Shown here in pieces: positions 39,448 through 52,179 of a stretch of 64,000 bases of DNA (its first letter is position 1; each line of letters starts with the position of its first letter). Position numbers and translations under genes: made by a program. Below the pieces are notes generated by a model. The model made no database searches. It was not told the origin of the DNA and worked only from the letters and a program-made list of their open reading frames with translations. Origin of the DNA: Adineta vaga (lineage: Eukaryota > Animalia > Rotifera); contig CP075497.1 of NCBI GenBank assembly GCA_021613535.1, positions 2,170,001 through 2,234,000 of the forward strand, read 5' to 3'.

Positions 39448-41601
39448 TTACATGCATTCATCACCATGTCGACCTTTCTTTTCTTCTTTGTCAAGTTTAA
39501 TCATATCATCAATACGTAAAATAGTTATAGCTGCTTCAGTTGCATATTTTAATGATTTAATTTTTGATATGGCCGGTTCGAAAACACCAATGGCTTTCGA
39601 ATCACGAATCTTACCACCTTGAAGATCTAAACCGAACCATTTTAATTGTTCTTTATCCTTTTGAGTTTGAGATGCATTATGATATGCACGAAGTTTAGCA
39701 ACAAGGTCAGTTGCATCTTGTGCAGCATTAACACTCAATGCTTTAGGAATTGATAAAAGTGCAGAAGCAAATTCTGCAATAGCCAATTGTTCTCGTGAAC
39801 TCTAAAATATACAAATATTTTCAATTCAATTCAATTCAATTGAATACATACAACTGTTGTAGCAAAGTTTTCTAAATAGATTGATAAAGCTGTTTCACAA
39901 CAACCACCACCTGGTACAACTTGTTTTGATTCAAGAACACGTTTAACAACGCATAATGCATCATGAATAGAACGTTCAATTTCATCACACATAAAGTCGT
40001 TTGCACCACGAATGATTATTGATGCAGCTGTACGTGCTTTTGGTCCACGAATAAGAATAAGTTCATCATCACAAATGCGATCTTGAACAACTTCTTCGGC
40101 ATTACCAATAACTGATGCATCAACTGATTCATCACCTTCCATATTGGCCAAAGCAGTTAATAATGTTGCTAAAAATCATTCAAAAGCTATTAAATTTATC
40201 GATAATTCATTTTGATTTCTTTACCTCCTGTAGCTTTAGCAATACGTTTTAAATCTGCTTTTTTACAACGTCGAACGGCCATAGCTCCTGCTTCAACAAA
40301 TTGTTTTAAACAAAGATCATCAATACCACCTGTTGTTAAGATAACATTGGCTCCGGCATTAAGTAATTTTGCTACACGTTCTTTAGCAATATCCGTTTCT
40401 CTACAACGAAGAAATCTTTTCGTAAAATAACATAATGAAATAAAACTTATTTACCGTCGACGAATCGCTTCAAGTTTTTCGGGATCTTCAACAACAATTT
40501 GTACACCTAATTTCATTCGAACTTTTTGTAAACCGAAATCCAAACATGCAATTTTGGCATTAACAATTCTCTTTGTCATTAATTGTGATGCAACAGTGCA
40601 ATTCAATGCATAACCTGATATTAAAACACTTTCATGTATCGATCGACCATGTGCTTTTAAAACATTGACTGATTTAATTGGCACAATGATTTTATCTTTT
40701 TCATTGAATTTAACAAGATTTGCAGCATCAACACACATTTTAGCAAAGAAATCCGAATCCCTATTGAGTTCAAAGAAGATTTTTACAAGAAAAAACAACG
40801 ATCAAAATTTTAACCTACATTCCAATAACTTTACTAGCCATGGATGTTTTAGCAACATTCATTAAACATTCACTACCTAAGTCATCAACATTAATCACCA
40901 TTTTATCTTGAATATATTTAACTGCTAATCTATAAAGAAATTCATTTTTATGGAAGAAAAATAAAGAAAGAAAAAAATAGGTCTTACTTGCAAGCAAGTT
41001 TATAACCACTGATAACTGATGTCGGATGAATTTTTTGTTTAACAAGTTGATCAGCATTTTTCAACAATTCTGCAGCAATGATAACCTTTGAAAAATAAAA
41101 ATTCAATTTGTTTTTTTTTCTTTTAGAAAATCCAATGAATTCAAACTGACAACACTCGTTGTTCCATCTCCAACTTCTTGATCTTGTAATTGAGCTAATT
41201 CAACCAAAACTTTCGCAGCTGGATGTTCAACTTCAAGTAATTTAAGAATTGTTGCACCATCATTTGTAATTGTAACATCCTACATTGAATTTCGAATCCA
41301 TATTCATGAATCCTTTGGAGACAAACTTACTCCTATATCATCAACCATCATTTTGTCGAGACCAAGTGGACCTAATGATGTTCGGACAATGTTAGCAATG
41401 GCCATGGCTGCCAAAACTGAAAAATAAAAGAAAATATATGACTAAAATCTTAATGAGAAAGTTACGTACCATTTTGAGTACGAACTGAATCGCCTAGAAA
41501 CCAGAGATGAAAAATGAATGATATGAATTTCTTTTATGAGAAAGTTCATTTTCTATACCTGTAATACGTTCACCACCGAGTGATAATGTTGCTTGAGCCA
41601 T
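39448..41601 (-). CDS. CCT1: T-complex protein 1 subunit alpha
   Basis: [78 protein letters not shown]. Confidence 0.96.
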
Positions 41602-42117
41602 TGAATTGAAAAATGAATTGAATGTATACTGATCTGAAAATATCGAATGTAATGATATAGAAAATTACATCTTGATTGTATGAATCGGTTGTCAACACAA
41701 CATTAGTCGACTGTTTGTTTACAAGAAAATGTTTTTTTTATTCTATTACTTATTTTCTTTGTCGACGTTCTGGAAAAAAAATAGATAATCTATCGAAATA
41801 AAAGATAGATCCAGTAAGAAATCTAAGACCAATGTAAATAGAGGTCACCACAATCAGAATATTAAATTGAAGGTCAAAGGACATGTCATATGGAGTCGAT
41901 CGATATTTTTTCTATTCTGTTTATTACTCCGCCTATCGGGCGAATCGTTAATGTGGAAACGAAAATACGAGTATTCACTCAATTATAATTACATTTGATA
42001 TTTAATTAGAATTTTTTTACGGGACATTTTTTTCTTAATCGATTAATTAAAAACAAAGTGGACTTTTTGAATCATCCATCCTTGTCGATCGGTGCATCGT
42101 CCTCATCATCCGGAAGA

Positions 42118-44280
42118 ATGATGTCAGGTTCACCTCCACTTCATGCACATAGTCCAACATCAAATGGTGCATCATCATCAAATGGTGGTGGAACATCATC
42201 GGATGCGTGTAATGGAATAGTGGCTAATCTTTTATGTCATCGACAACGAACAAATGGAGAAAGTGAAACGTTTTCAAAACGAGCGATTGAAAGGTAAGTT
42301 AATATATCGAAAAGAAAAGAAGAAAATGTGTTGTTTTCTTTTTTAGTTTGGTTAAAAAATTAAAAGATAAAAAAGATGAACTTGATGCATTAGTTACATC
42401 AATAACTTCCAATGGACAAATACCAACGAAATGCGTGACAATTCAAAGAACACTTGATGGAAGATTACAGGTCTTTCATTAACAATGCTCTTTGTAGATT
42501 GAAAAATAAATGAGTTTTGTTATTTAGGTGGCTGGTCGAAAAGGTTTTCCACATGTTATTTATGCACGTATATGGCGTTGGCCTGATCTACATAAAAATG
42601 AATTAAAACATTTAAAAATTTGTCCATTAGCATTCGATCTGAAACAAGAATATGTTTGTGGTATGTTTGTTCGATTTATTCGATTGATCGAATCATTTCG
42701 TTTATGTTCTAGTTAATCCATATCATTATGAACGAGTTGTTCCTCCTGGAATTGGTAATAATCAATTATAAGTGTTTTCTTCGAATTTTTTGTCTTTGTT
42801 TTTTCTTAAAAAGATTTAGCAGGAATGCCGTTAGTACCACGTTTTCAAATACCTGGTCATGGCGATCCATCATCATCAAATGATCGTGATATATATTCTA
42901 CAGTGGATAGTTATCGTTACATGAAAGGTATGAATTAAATAAACTTGTACTTTTTAAACGATTGATTTTTAGATTATCGAGATGATCAAAATTCTCCACA
43001 ACCAATGATGGCTATTCAGCATCAAGCTGCTGATACCACTAGTCCAAGTCCTCCACATCCTTATCCAACGAATGGATCTGTTATTCCTAGTACAAACGGT
43101 TTTTCATCAGCAATGATTCCACAAGGTAAAGTAATCTATATCGTTTACAAACATGTTCGTATATATTTTTTTAATTACAGACGGATCTGTTCCTCTATGG
43201 ACACAACCAGCAACACCTGCAGTTAATTTATGTAAGTAATCTCTTCATTTCATCGTGCTTTGAACTGGTGTTGTTTGTTCTAGGGCAACAACATTCTTTT
43301 GTTCCAACGAATGGTTTAACTGCACCACCAGTTCAACCATTAACATTAATTAATTATGTTGGTGAATATTGGTGTAGTATTGCTTATTATGAACGTGATG
43401 TACAAGTTGGTGAAACATTCAAGGTACCTGATACATTCAAAGAAGTAGCTGTAGACGGTGGTATGGATATGGCGACTGTGGGCGATCGATTCTGTTTAGG
43501 TCCATTGAGTAATGTTCTTCGTACTGAAACAAGTGAAAAAGCACGGTAGGAATGAAATTTTGAGTTGATTTGCTTTTCAATCAATGTAAAATTTAGACTT
43601 CATATTGGAAAAGGTATTCGTATTGAATGTCGAAATGAAGGTGATATATGGATACGATGTCGAAGTGATCAAGCCGTTTTTCTTCAATCTTATTATCTTG
43701 ATCGAGAAGCTGGTCGTGCACCGGGTGATGCTGTTCATAAAATTTATCCTCAAGCTTGCATTAAAGTATGTTGACAGAACTTGAAACAATGTAAACACAT
43801 TCTTTATTCTATTATTTCATCGCCAGGTATTTGATTTACATCAATGTTTTACACAAATGGATCAACATGTTAAAATGGCTTTACATTCACGAATGCAACA
43901 ATCTTCTCTTGCTCAAACAATGCCACCATCAGCAAATTTAAGTGTTGATGAATTACGACGTTTATGTGTTTTAAGACTTAGTTTTGTTAAAGGCTGGGGA
44001 CCAGATTATCCAAGGTAGGAAAATATCTCTTTTTTACAAATCAATACAACTTGTTTTCTATAGACAATCTATAAAAGAAACTCCGTGTTGGGTGGAAATC
44101 CAAATTCATCGTGCATTACAATTACTCGATGATTTATTCAATTCTATTAATCATCAATTAACCAATAATATTGCTTCAACATCTTCTTCCATGTCGACAA
44201 ATTCATCATTAAACAGTAATCTATCCAATCCAATTAAAATCGAAGCAACACATCCATCTTATACAAATATGGATAATTAA
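42118..44280 (+). CDS. SMAD4: Co-Smad (Smad4/Medea)
   Basis: [80 protein letters not shown]; no SSxS tail. Start may be GTG 42058. Confidence 0.95.
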
Positions 44281-44807
44281 TCCAAAAGAAAATTTCATTG
44301 TGTTCCTTTCTTGCATTTAATTTATTTTAACAAAATCAAAAGCAACATTGTTTTCCTTTTTCTTTTCTACTTTAATATTCAAACATATACATATCTTTAC
44401 TGTTTGTATTTATTCAAAATCTTCGATAAACAAAAAAAAAGAGAGACATGTACAGAAAAACAGTCGTCTTTACTTCCTTAGCAATATTCTCTCTTCTCAA
44501 ATTTCATTTGTGTGACTTTATAGCGTGGCTAAATGCATTGATGTGATTTCGATTTTGTAGACGTTGTTGTTGTTGTTTATTGTTATCTTTATTCTCTATA
44601 TGACTATTTTCTAAATGATCTGTTTTCTTGTATAATACAAACAACAGATTAATCTTTCTACATTCTCTCTCTCTCTCTTTCTCATTTGTTTTTTTTTAAA
44701 ACACAAAGAATCTTCTTTTTCTCGTTTTTTTCTTTTCATTTCAATTTCATTGTGAAATTTTTGTTGTTTTCTTACAAAACATCTGACGTATAGTTGTCCT
44801 TGGAGAT

Positions 44808-44854
44808 TGAGTCACTTACTCATGATTACTCATGTTTGACTATATGTATATAAA
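44808..44854 (+). promoter_or_regulatory. Candidate AP-1/bZIP cluster plus TATA box of sirtuin gene
   Basis: TGAGTCA 44808, TTACTCA 44816 and 44826, TATATAAA 44847, ATG 44894. Confidence 0.5.
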
Positions 44855-44893
44855 TCAACAGACAATTTTAGATTTATTCATTTGAAATTCACA

Positions 44894-46394
44894 ATGGCTC
44901 ATGGTATATCCGATAGTGATCCAACGAAAACAGAGCATGTCGATGCACCAGATATCTTAGATAAGAAACTTGATCAACTCGCTGATTGGATTAGAAATGC
45001 CAACCATTTTATTGTGTTTACAGGTTAGATAAGTCGATAAGTATAGAATTGTTTATTACCCACAACTTGTGAATACAATTAGATCGACATTTTTGATAAG
45101 AAGTGCCTGGATTTCTGTGTTGAAATGTTAACTAAAAAGATATATCAATTGTTCTGGCAGATTGTCAGAGAGAGAAAAAACATAAGATTAGCAATCAAAT
45201 GTCAGATGAAGAACTTTTTATCTCGCAGTAGAAGCGCTATAAACTTATCTCAAGGATGGTAATAATAACTAAAGCAATCAGTATTCAATCTTTTCCTTAT
45301 TTAGGTGCTGGTGTTTCTACATCTACTGGGTATGTAGAAAGAGAATGTTGTCGACTATTTACTAAGATTTTCTTCTTAGAATTCCGGATTTTCGATCAAG
45401 TATGAATACAATTTTACCAACAGGACCTGGTGTTTGGGAACTGCGTGATCATCCTGGTGCAAAACGTTCTCCTAAAGCTCGTGTAACAACATCAACAAAA
45501 GCAATTCCTTCTGTAACTCATATGGCTCTTGTTGAATTAGCACGTCGTAATCTTCTTCATTTTGTTGTTTCTCAAAATACTGATGGTCTTCATTTACGTT
45601 CCGGTTTACCTTCAACATTATTAGCTGAATTACATGGAAATTCGAATTTAGAAACATGTAAAAAATGTCAAACGAAATATTTACGTGATTTTCGTACACG
45701 TACTTCGAAAAAAGTTCATGATCATGTAACAGCTCGTAAATGTACAAAATGTAATTCGAAACTTTATGACTCCATTATAAATTTCGGTGAAAATCTACCT
45801 GCCTATGAATTACAAACAAGTTACGAACATGCTGAACGTGCTGATGTTTGTCTTGTCTTAGGCTCATCTTTACGTGTTACTCCAGCAGCTGATATTCCTC
45901 AACAAGTTGGTGAACGTGGTGGAAACCTAATCATTGGAAATTTACAATCGACGCCAATGGAACGATTAGCGAAGTTAAATGTTCATGCTCTATGTGATGA
46001 TTTGATGCGAGGTTTAATGGCAAAATTAGATATTCCAATACCAGAATGGGAACTTCATCGACGAATACGTATTACAATTGTAAATCGAACGATTTCAATT
46101 ATGGGCCTAGATCTTAATCAAGATATTGCTTATTCACTTTTTTCAGCAGTAAGAATTCTTGTTCGAGAAGGAACAGAAGCAAAATATGATTCAAAACCGA
46201 TTCAAAATGAAGAACCAATTTCCTATAAAGTCAAACTAACCGATATAAATGAGAAAATGGATGTCTACATCGAATTAGATTGGCAAGGACATTATAATGA
46301 ACCAAAATATACAGTTAAGCTTCCTTTTAGTGATTTGACGAAAGAGATACATTTATTCTATAATCCGAAGACAGGACATTGGAGAGAAGAGTAG
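44894..46394 (+). CDS. NAD-dependent deacylase, class IV sirtuin (SIRT6/7-like)
   Basis: FTGAGVSTSTGIPDFR split over a 25-nt exon, GPGVW, SQNTDGLH, ELHGN, CxxC..CxxC, IINFGENL, LGSSLRV, NLQSTP. Confidence 0.93.
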
Positions 46395-46534
46395 CACATC
46401 CATCTGTGATATGCATACATTTATTTAATCATGAAATGATTGGAATAAAAAATTAAATTCTTATTTGTTTTCTAGATCGATTTATTTTTTTTTGTTTTGT
46501 TTATCTCAATAATAAAAATAAGCATCTGTCTTGA

Positions 46535-47300
46535 ATGGGTGGTAATTCTTCACAAACATTAGCGGAATTAAGTGAAGAAGATATCGAATTTATTTCTACT
46601 CGAGCGAAAATTGATCATGAAAGTGTCATTCTTTGGTATGATAAATTAAAAGTGAGTGTATTCTTTCTTTGAAGAATTTCTTTGAAGAATTGTGTAATGT
46701 TAGGCTGCGTGTCCGACAGGGAAAATCTCAAAATCAGATACTGTTAGTTTTCTACGAAGTATTAATAGTGGAAAAGAAGAACAAATTCAACAATTAGCAT
46801 CAGATATACATAAAGCATTCGATGCGAATAACGATGGAATTGTTGGTAAGAGAAATGTTTGTTAAATTTAAGTATTAAATGATGTTAATGTTTAGATTTA
46901 CGAGAATTTTTAATTGGTTTTGCTTTAACTTCAACGGGAAGTGTTCGAGAAAAATTGAAATATGTTTTTCGAACGTATGATCATGATCGAGATGGAATTA
47001 TTAATAAGAAAGAAATTGATCGAATGGTTAAAGTATGTTTTGGAATAAATTCTATATCATTTCTATTAATTCTTTCAATAGATTGTTGTGAGACTTCACG
47101 CCAAAGATGATCCAGAGAATACAGCACGTATTGTTAATGAATTACGCGCATCATTAGAACATTTCGCTGATGGAAAAGATCTTGATCATATTGAATTACG
47201 ATCGAAAGATTTTATTAAATTATTAATGGAAAATAAAGAATTATGTGAATTATTTTCTCCATTTAATATCGATCAACCTCATACTCATACAAAATCCTAG
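46535..47300 (+). CDS. Neuronal calcium sensor/recoverin-family EF-hand protein
   Basis: MGGNSS myristoylation motif, CPTG, FDANNDGIVDLREF, EKLKYVFRTYDHDRDGIINKKE; EF4 degenerate; three introns. Confidence 0.88.
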
Positions 47301-47600
47301 TCAGTTATTTGGTACGAACAAATTGAAGATAAATCCTGTTTTTTTTTCTTTCTTTGCAAACAAATCATGTCTTCATCTATCTCCAATTCAATGTTTAGGT
47401 TTTTACTCTTTTTCTTCTTTTTTTGTGATAAGAATTATCAAAACAAAGTACTGATGAGAATGTTCTACTCAATATAAATAACAAATAGATTTTAGTTTAT
47501 TTGTTTCGTTTTTTTTTCAAATGAATTATTTTTAAATAAATGATTAAACCGATTGACTTTTTCTTTTTATTGATCATAAGAACAAGAAATTAATAAGAAT

Positions 47601-48881
47601 CTAATTATCACCCAGGCCAGCACGACGCATTCGACAACGATAACATAATAATGTACCATCTTCTAATGGGCAACAACCACCTAATACAGCTGTTGTTTGC
47701 TCATTACTCAAACTACATTGACAATCCTTGAAACAAGAAGATGAAGAAATCATGAACAAATAAGAAGAGAATTCATTCTTACTTCGCAACGATAACAATC
47801 AACGTGAAAATTTTTATTCATTGCAATAATTCGTGTCGATTCATCCGAACCCTATTTGAAAATATACATCATTTTGTTTAGATTTACTCGATCACGAACC
47901 TCTTCTGGACAAATTGGAAAAGCACATTTCGCACATCGTGGAGCATAAGTACTAAGAAAGAAAAAAGGCAACAATGAATATAAAGAGTGTAAAATTTCGT
48001 ACTTATGATAATCATATAAACAGAATAAACGACGTTCTTTGTTGATAGTAAATGGAAGGCCATCGAGACATTCATTGCAAACTGTACAACGAAAACATCC
48101 CGGATGATAAGTATTACCCAAGGCTTGAAGCATCTAGAAAGAAAAGAAATATCAACTGAATAGATGTCTTCAAAGAAGATAATACTTTATCCATAATTAA
48201 ATGATCACAAATATGACATTTTTCTACTGTTTGTTGAAAACCCGTAAACTAAAAATCATAAAATATATTTTTCTTAGTTTTGTTTTTTTTATAAGAGAAA
48301 ATTCTTACTAGATAATCTTCCTCACAATAGACTTGATCTTGTACACGATAGAATGCTTTTCCTCGTAATGTTCGAGAACAAACAACACATTTAAAACAAT
48401 CATTATGATAAAGTTCATCCATAGCTTGACAAGCATCTGAAGAACTTGTAACTGATTCTCCACATTTTGTACATTGTCCATAATATTCATCAACTGTTGC
48501 TTCATTTTCAAGTTCTTTTTCTAAACGTAATGTCAATGCAGCTAATTTTCGATGTACATCATTTATAGCTGGTCCTGGACTCGGATGATTTCCACGTGCT
48601 GTTGGTATGACATGATTAAATGATATTGGAGTTCGTGGTGGACGAATATCTGGTGTACGAATAGTTATTCGAGAAAAATCATGTGTTCGATTTGGATGAT
48701 GATGATGTTGATGATGAATAGAGGGTGTATGGAGTTGACCATTGACGGTAACATTAAATCGAGGTCGAGGTAAATGTAGAACAGGTCTTTGTTGATTGAT
48801 ATATAGTGTACTTGAATTATGAAAAGGACCTGGAGAGGAAGGAGATTGTTCTCGGCCTCGATTAAGTGGAACGTAATTCAT
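47601..48881 (-). CDS. Triple-LIM protein, WTIP/Ajuba-like, copy 2
   Basis: [76 protein letters not shown]; true start may lie upstream. Confidence 0.92.
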
Positions 48882-51081
48882 ATCGAATTGTTGTTCGAAA
48901 TTGATTATATGATTATCAATCGAAGAATTAGAAGATATTGGTGGATTTGTAGTCGGTAAAGTAACATCATATGGTAGATTTGAAAGACCAATAGCTGTAG
49001 TCAGATTTTGTTGAGAATAATTTGAAGAATGAATAGGTAATAATGTTTTCGATTGTGGCGAACCCAGATTGTCGTTGATAGATATTCGTTGGTACCAGCA
49101 CCATTCGATAGACGTACGACGTGCGAGTGTATAGATGCGTTTTTTATGAGGATATCAATACGACGGATACGATTCACTTTTTTTCTTTCTGTTTTTTTCT
49201 TCTTTCTTTCCTCCTATCAACACCTCGAAGTATCAGAAAATCTTGTTGATCATCGATGAAAGAGAAAAATATTGTTTGTTCCTGTAACTATTGCTCTGTA
49301 TACAACTATTCTCGACAGAAGTTTATCTTTTGTCCATATCTTCTAACAGTAATGGCATCAACCAATCTCCTTTTCTTTTTCTTCTTTTTCTTCTTCTTCT
49401 CGTTCTTTTCCCGTTAGACTCGATTGTTACTATTTATTCGTGCTTGTATAGAGAAAAATACACGATTGTTTAACTATGCGATATGGGGAAAAAAAGAAAA
49501 ACAGAAAGGTCAATATCTTGTTTTGACGTAGATTGAGAAGAAAAACTTGACTTTACAAAAGATATTACAATTCATTGTATAATTCAATATTGTCTCGATT
49601 TTCTGTTGAACATCTTATAGTACATTGAAAATCAAAAACAATGATTGATTAGATTATGATACACCCAAGGCAACATCGCAAGATCCAAAATGATCTCCAT
49701 TAATCAATATATCGAGGAAAAAAGAAGGATAATTTGAAATGAAACGTTCGATCAATTGATTCTCTATATGACAATAAGAAAGGTTACGACGTGCCCAATA
49801 TAAACTGATGAAAATCTTCTATAATATTGTATACAATAAGCATCACGGCATAAAGAAATCATGCATTATGAAAATATAGACATTAACAAAAACAAATCAA
49901 ACGCGTCAAATAGAAAACGAATGATAACAAGCGAATATGCTTAAACATAAATAGTTGCTTTTATCAATAGAACAATCAACAAACGAAGTTGTTGGCAGAA
50001 AATTGGTACTCATTATCATTCAATTTTAGATGGCATGAAAAGTTATTATTTCATACATTACAAAAATATTTCTTCTATTAATCATCGATTATCAAGATAG
50101 TATACTAATCTATGATATATATATATATATATTGAAACATATTTCGTCATAGTTCAAGAAAATATCTTTTGTTTGTCCTTTCTTTCATCAACAACTGTAT
50201 CATCATAGATCATTTTCTTTTAATCCTTGATTATTAACTATTCTTATTCGTTCGTCATCGCATACAAAAGACACTTCCGGATAGATCAAATTTCATCTTA
50301 AAACAACAGTCATTAACGTACTTCAAACATCATCGTTTGTTGCTTGATACAAGAAGCAATGACGAATATAAGTCTGATACTCGACACCTGCTGTGCAGTA
50401 TGTTTGTTGTATGAGAAATGATCGAAAAATAACTGATAATTTCATAATCTCTCGAGATTTCTAAGATATTTATGCCGACTTGAACTAATAAGAATGATTA
50501 ATAAACATTATTTTATAACTAGTTGTTCAATAATCTAAAGATAAATGCATTTGATAACAGAAAAAACTATTATAATCATATGTAGTGATGCTTGAGAAAA
50601 GATATTAAGCAACAAACATGAACGCTTCTTTTTCTACTTCTCAATTATTCATTAACAATGTATTTCGATCAGACTGTTCATTGACCTATATTCTCAAATG
50701 GGATAAAAAAATAATCATTCAATCACTATCTGATGTATATTTCGATTGAAGTTCGTTGTTTCTATAATAACAACATGGAATTACATTGTTCATATTAGCC
50801 AGTTAATTTATTTATTAAAAAAAAGGAATCCATCAAGATATAATAATAATAATAATATATAAATAAAGACATTAACAAAACGAGACACTGGGAAAAGGTT
50901 GAATACTCTAAACATAAAATAAAATACGGAATGATTCTACAATTCCCATATATGTAAATATATCTGCATATAAATATGAATGAGAATGATAAATATGTTG
51001 TATTGCACATACATACAAAGACAAAATCTATTTATAAAAAAGAAGTGAAATTGTTGATTGTTCAATATCCGATTGTTGATA

Positions 51082-52009
51082 TCATTTCAGATCCATATCT
51101 CCATTAATTTTCTTTCCAATATCATCAATCATGGAACGAAATATTCGATCTGCACGTAATGGTGTTAATGGTGTATCATCAAAATGTTTCATAAAAGCTT
51201 CTTTATTCTGTTCTTCCATATCTGTCATTAATTGTCGAAGTAATTTCACTTCAAGAGAACGTTCTTCAAATAATGGATTATCTTGTAAATATCGATTTAA
51301 TGCTGTATTTGCATTTTCAATATCAATACATAATGCACACATTGTTGCTCTAAGATTTAGAAGTATAATGAAGATAAAATTAGAAGAATGATTGTTACCT
51401 TAACCAATAATCTTTGGAAGTAAATTTTAACATTCCATCATCTTTTGTTTTATCTGCCATTTCTTCATATTCTTGTTGAGCTTGAATATATTCTCGTTGT
51501 AAAACAAGTGTTTCAGCCATTTTCTTTTGAACACGATTTGCAGCAGATTTTTGTCCTTCTTGTTTTAAAAATCGATAAGCTTCTCGTAAACATTTCATCA
51601 TAGGTTCAAAATTATTCATTTGTTCATGCAATTCAGCAGCTTTTTCTAATATTTGTGATGCCATCGTCCATTTACCTTGACTCATATTTAATTCTGCTGC
51701 ACGCATTAACGGAGCTACAGCTTGAGGAACATCAAACATTTTATATGATGATGAAATCGCTTCGTACATTTGAGCTTTTTCATAGTCTTCTGCACTTAAA
51801 TCTAAAGCTCGTTTATAAGCTTCAACAGCTGCTGGATAATCACTTTCAGCTCGTGCCGCATTTCCAGCTTGAATGTAAAGTTCCCGAGCATCATCCGTTG
51901 CTCCACTACCTGCTCCAATCATTCGTTGAAAAAATCCATTTGCCGATTTTGCTTTTTTATTTGCTTCAGCCATTAATTGAGTTGCTGATTTATTCGTTTT
52001 ATTCGCCAT
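51082..52009 (-). CDS. Alpha-SNAP (NSF attachment protein)-like
   Basis: LMAEANKK..GFFQRMIG, ELYIQAGN, MLKFTSKDYWLRATMCALC, ALNRYLQDNPLFE, terminal DLK; one intron. Confidence 0.8.
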
Positions 52010-52179
52010 GTTTTCTATAGAAAAATCTGAAAAAAGCAAATTCACTTGATTTGATTCTTTTTTCATTTGCATGTCTCAGTTATATTTTCAATCAGAAGAA
52101 TACTAATTACAAAGAGAGAGAAAAAGAAAAAGAATCGATGTAGATCATACACGGATGGGTCTAGTTTTGATTTTCTTTT

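Noticed and set aside
49200-51080. Hidden gene or ncRNA in the long spacer
   Set aside because: No spliceable ORF, repeat or convincing structure seen; likely LIM upstream region and SNAP 3' UTR.
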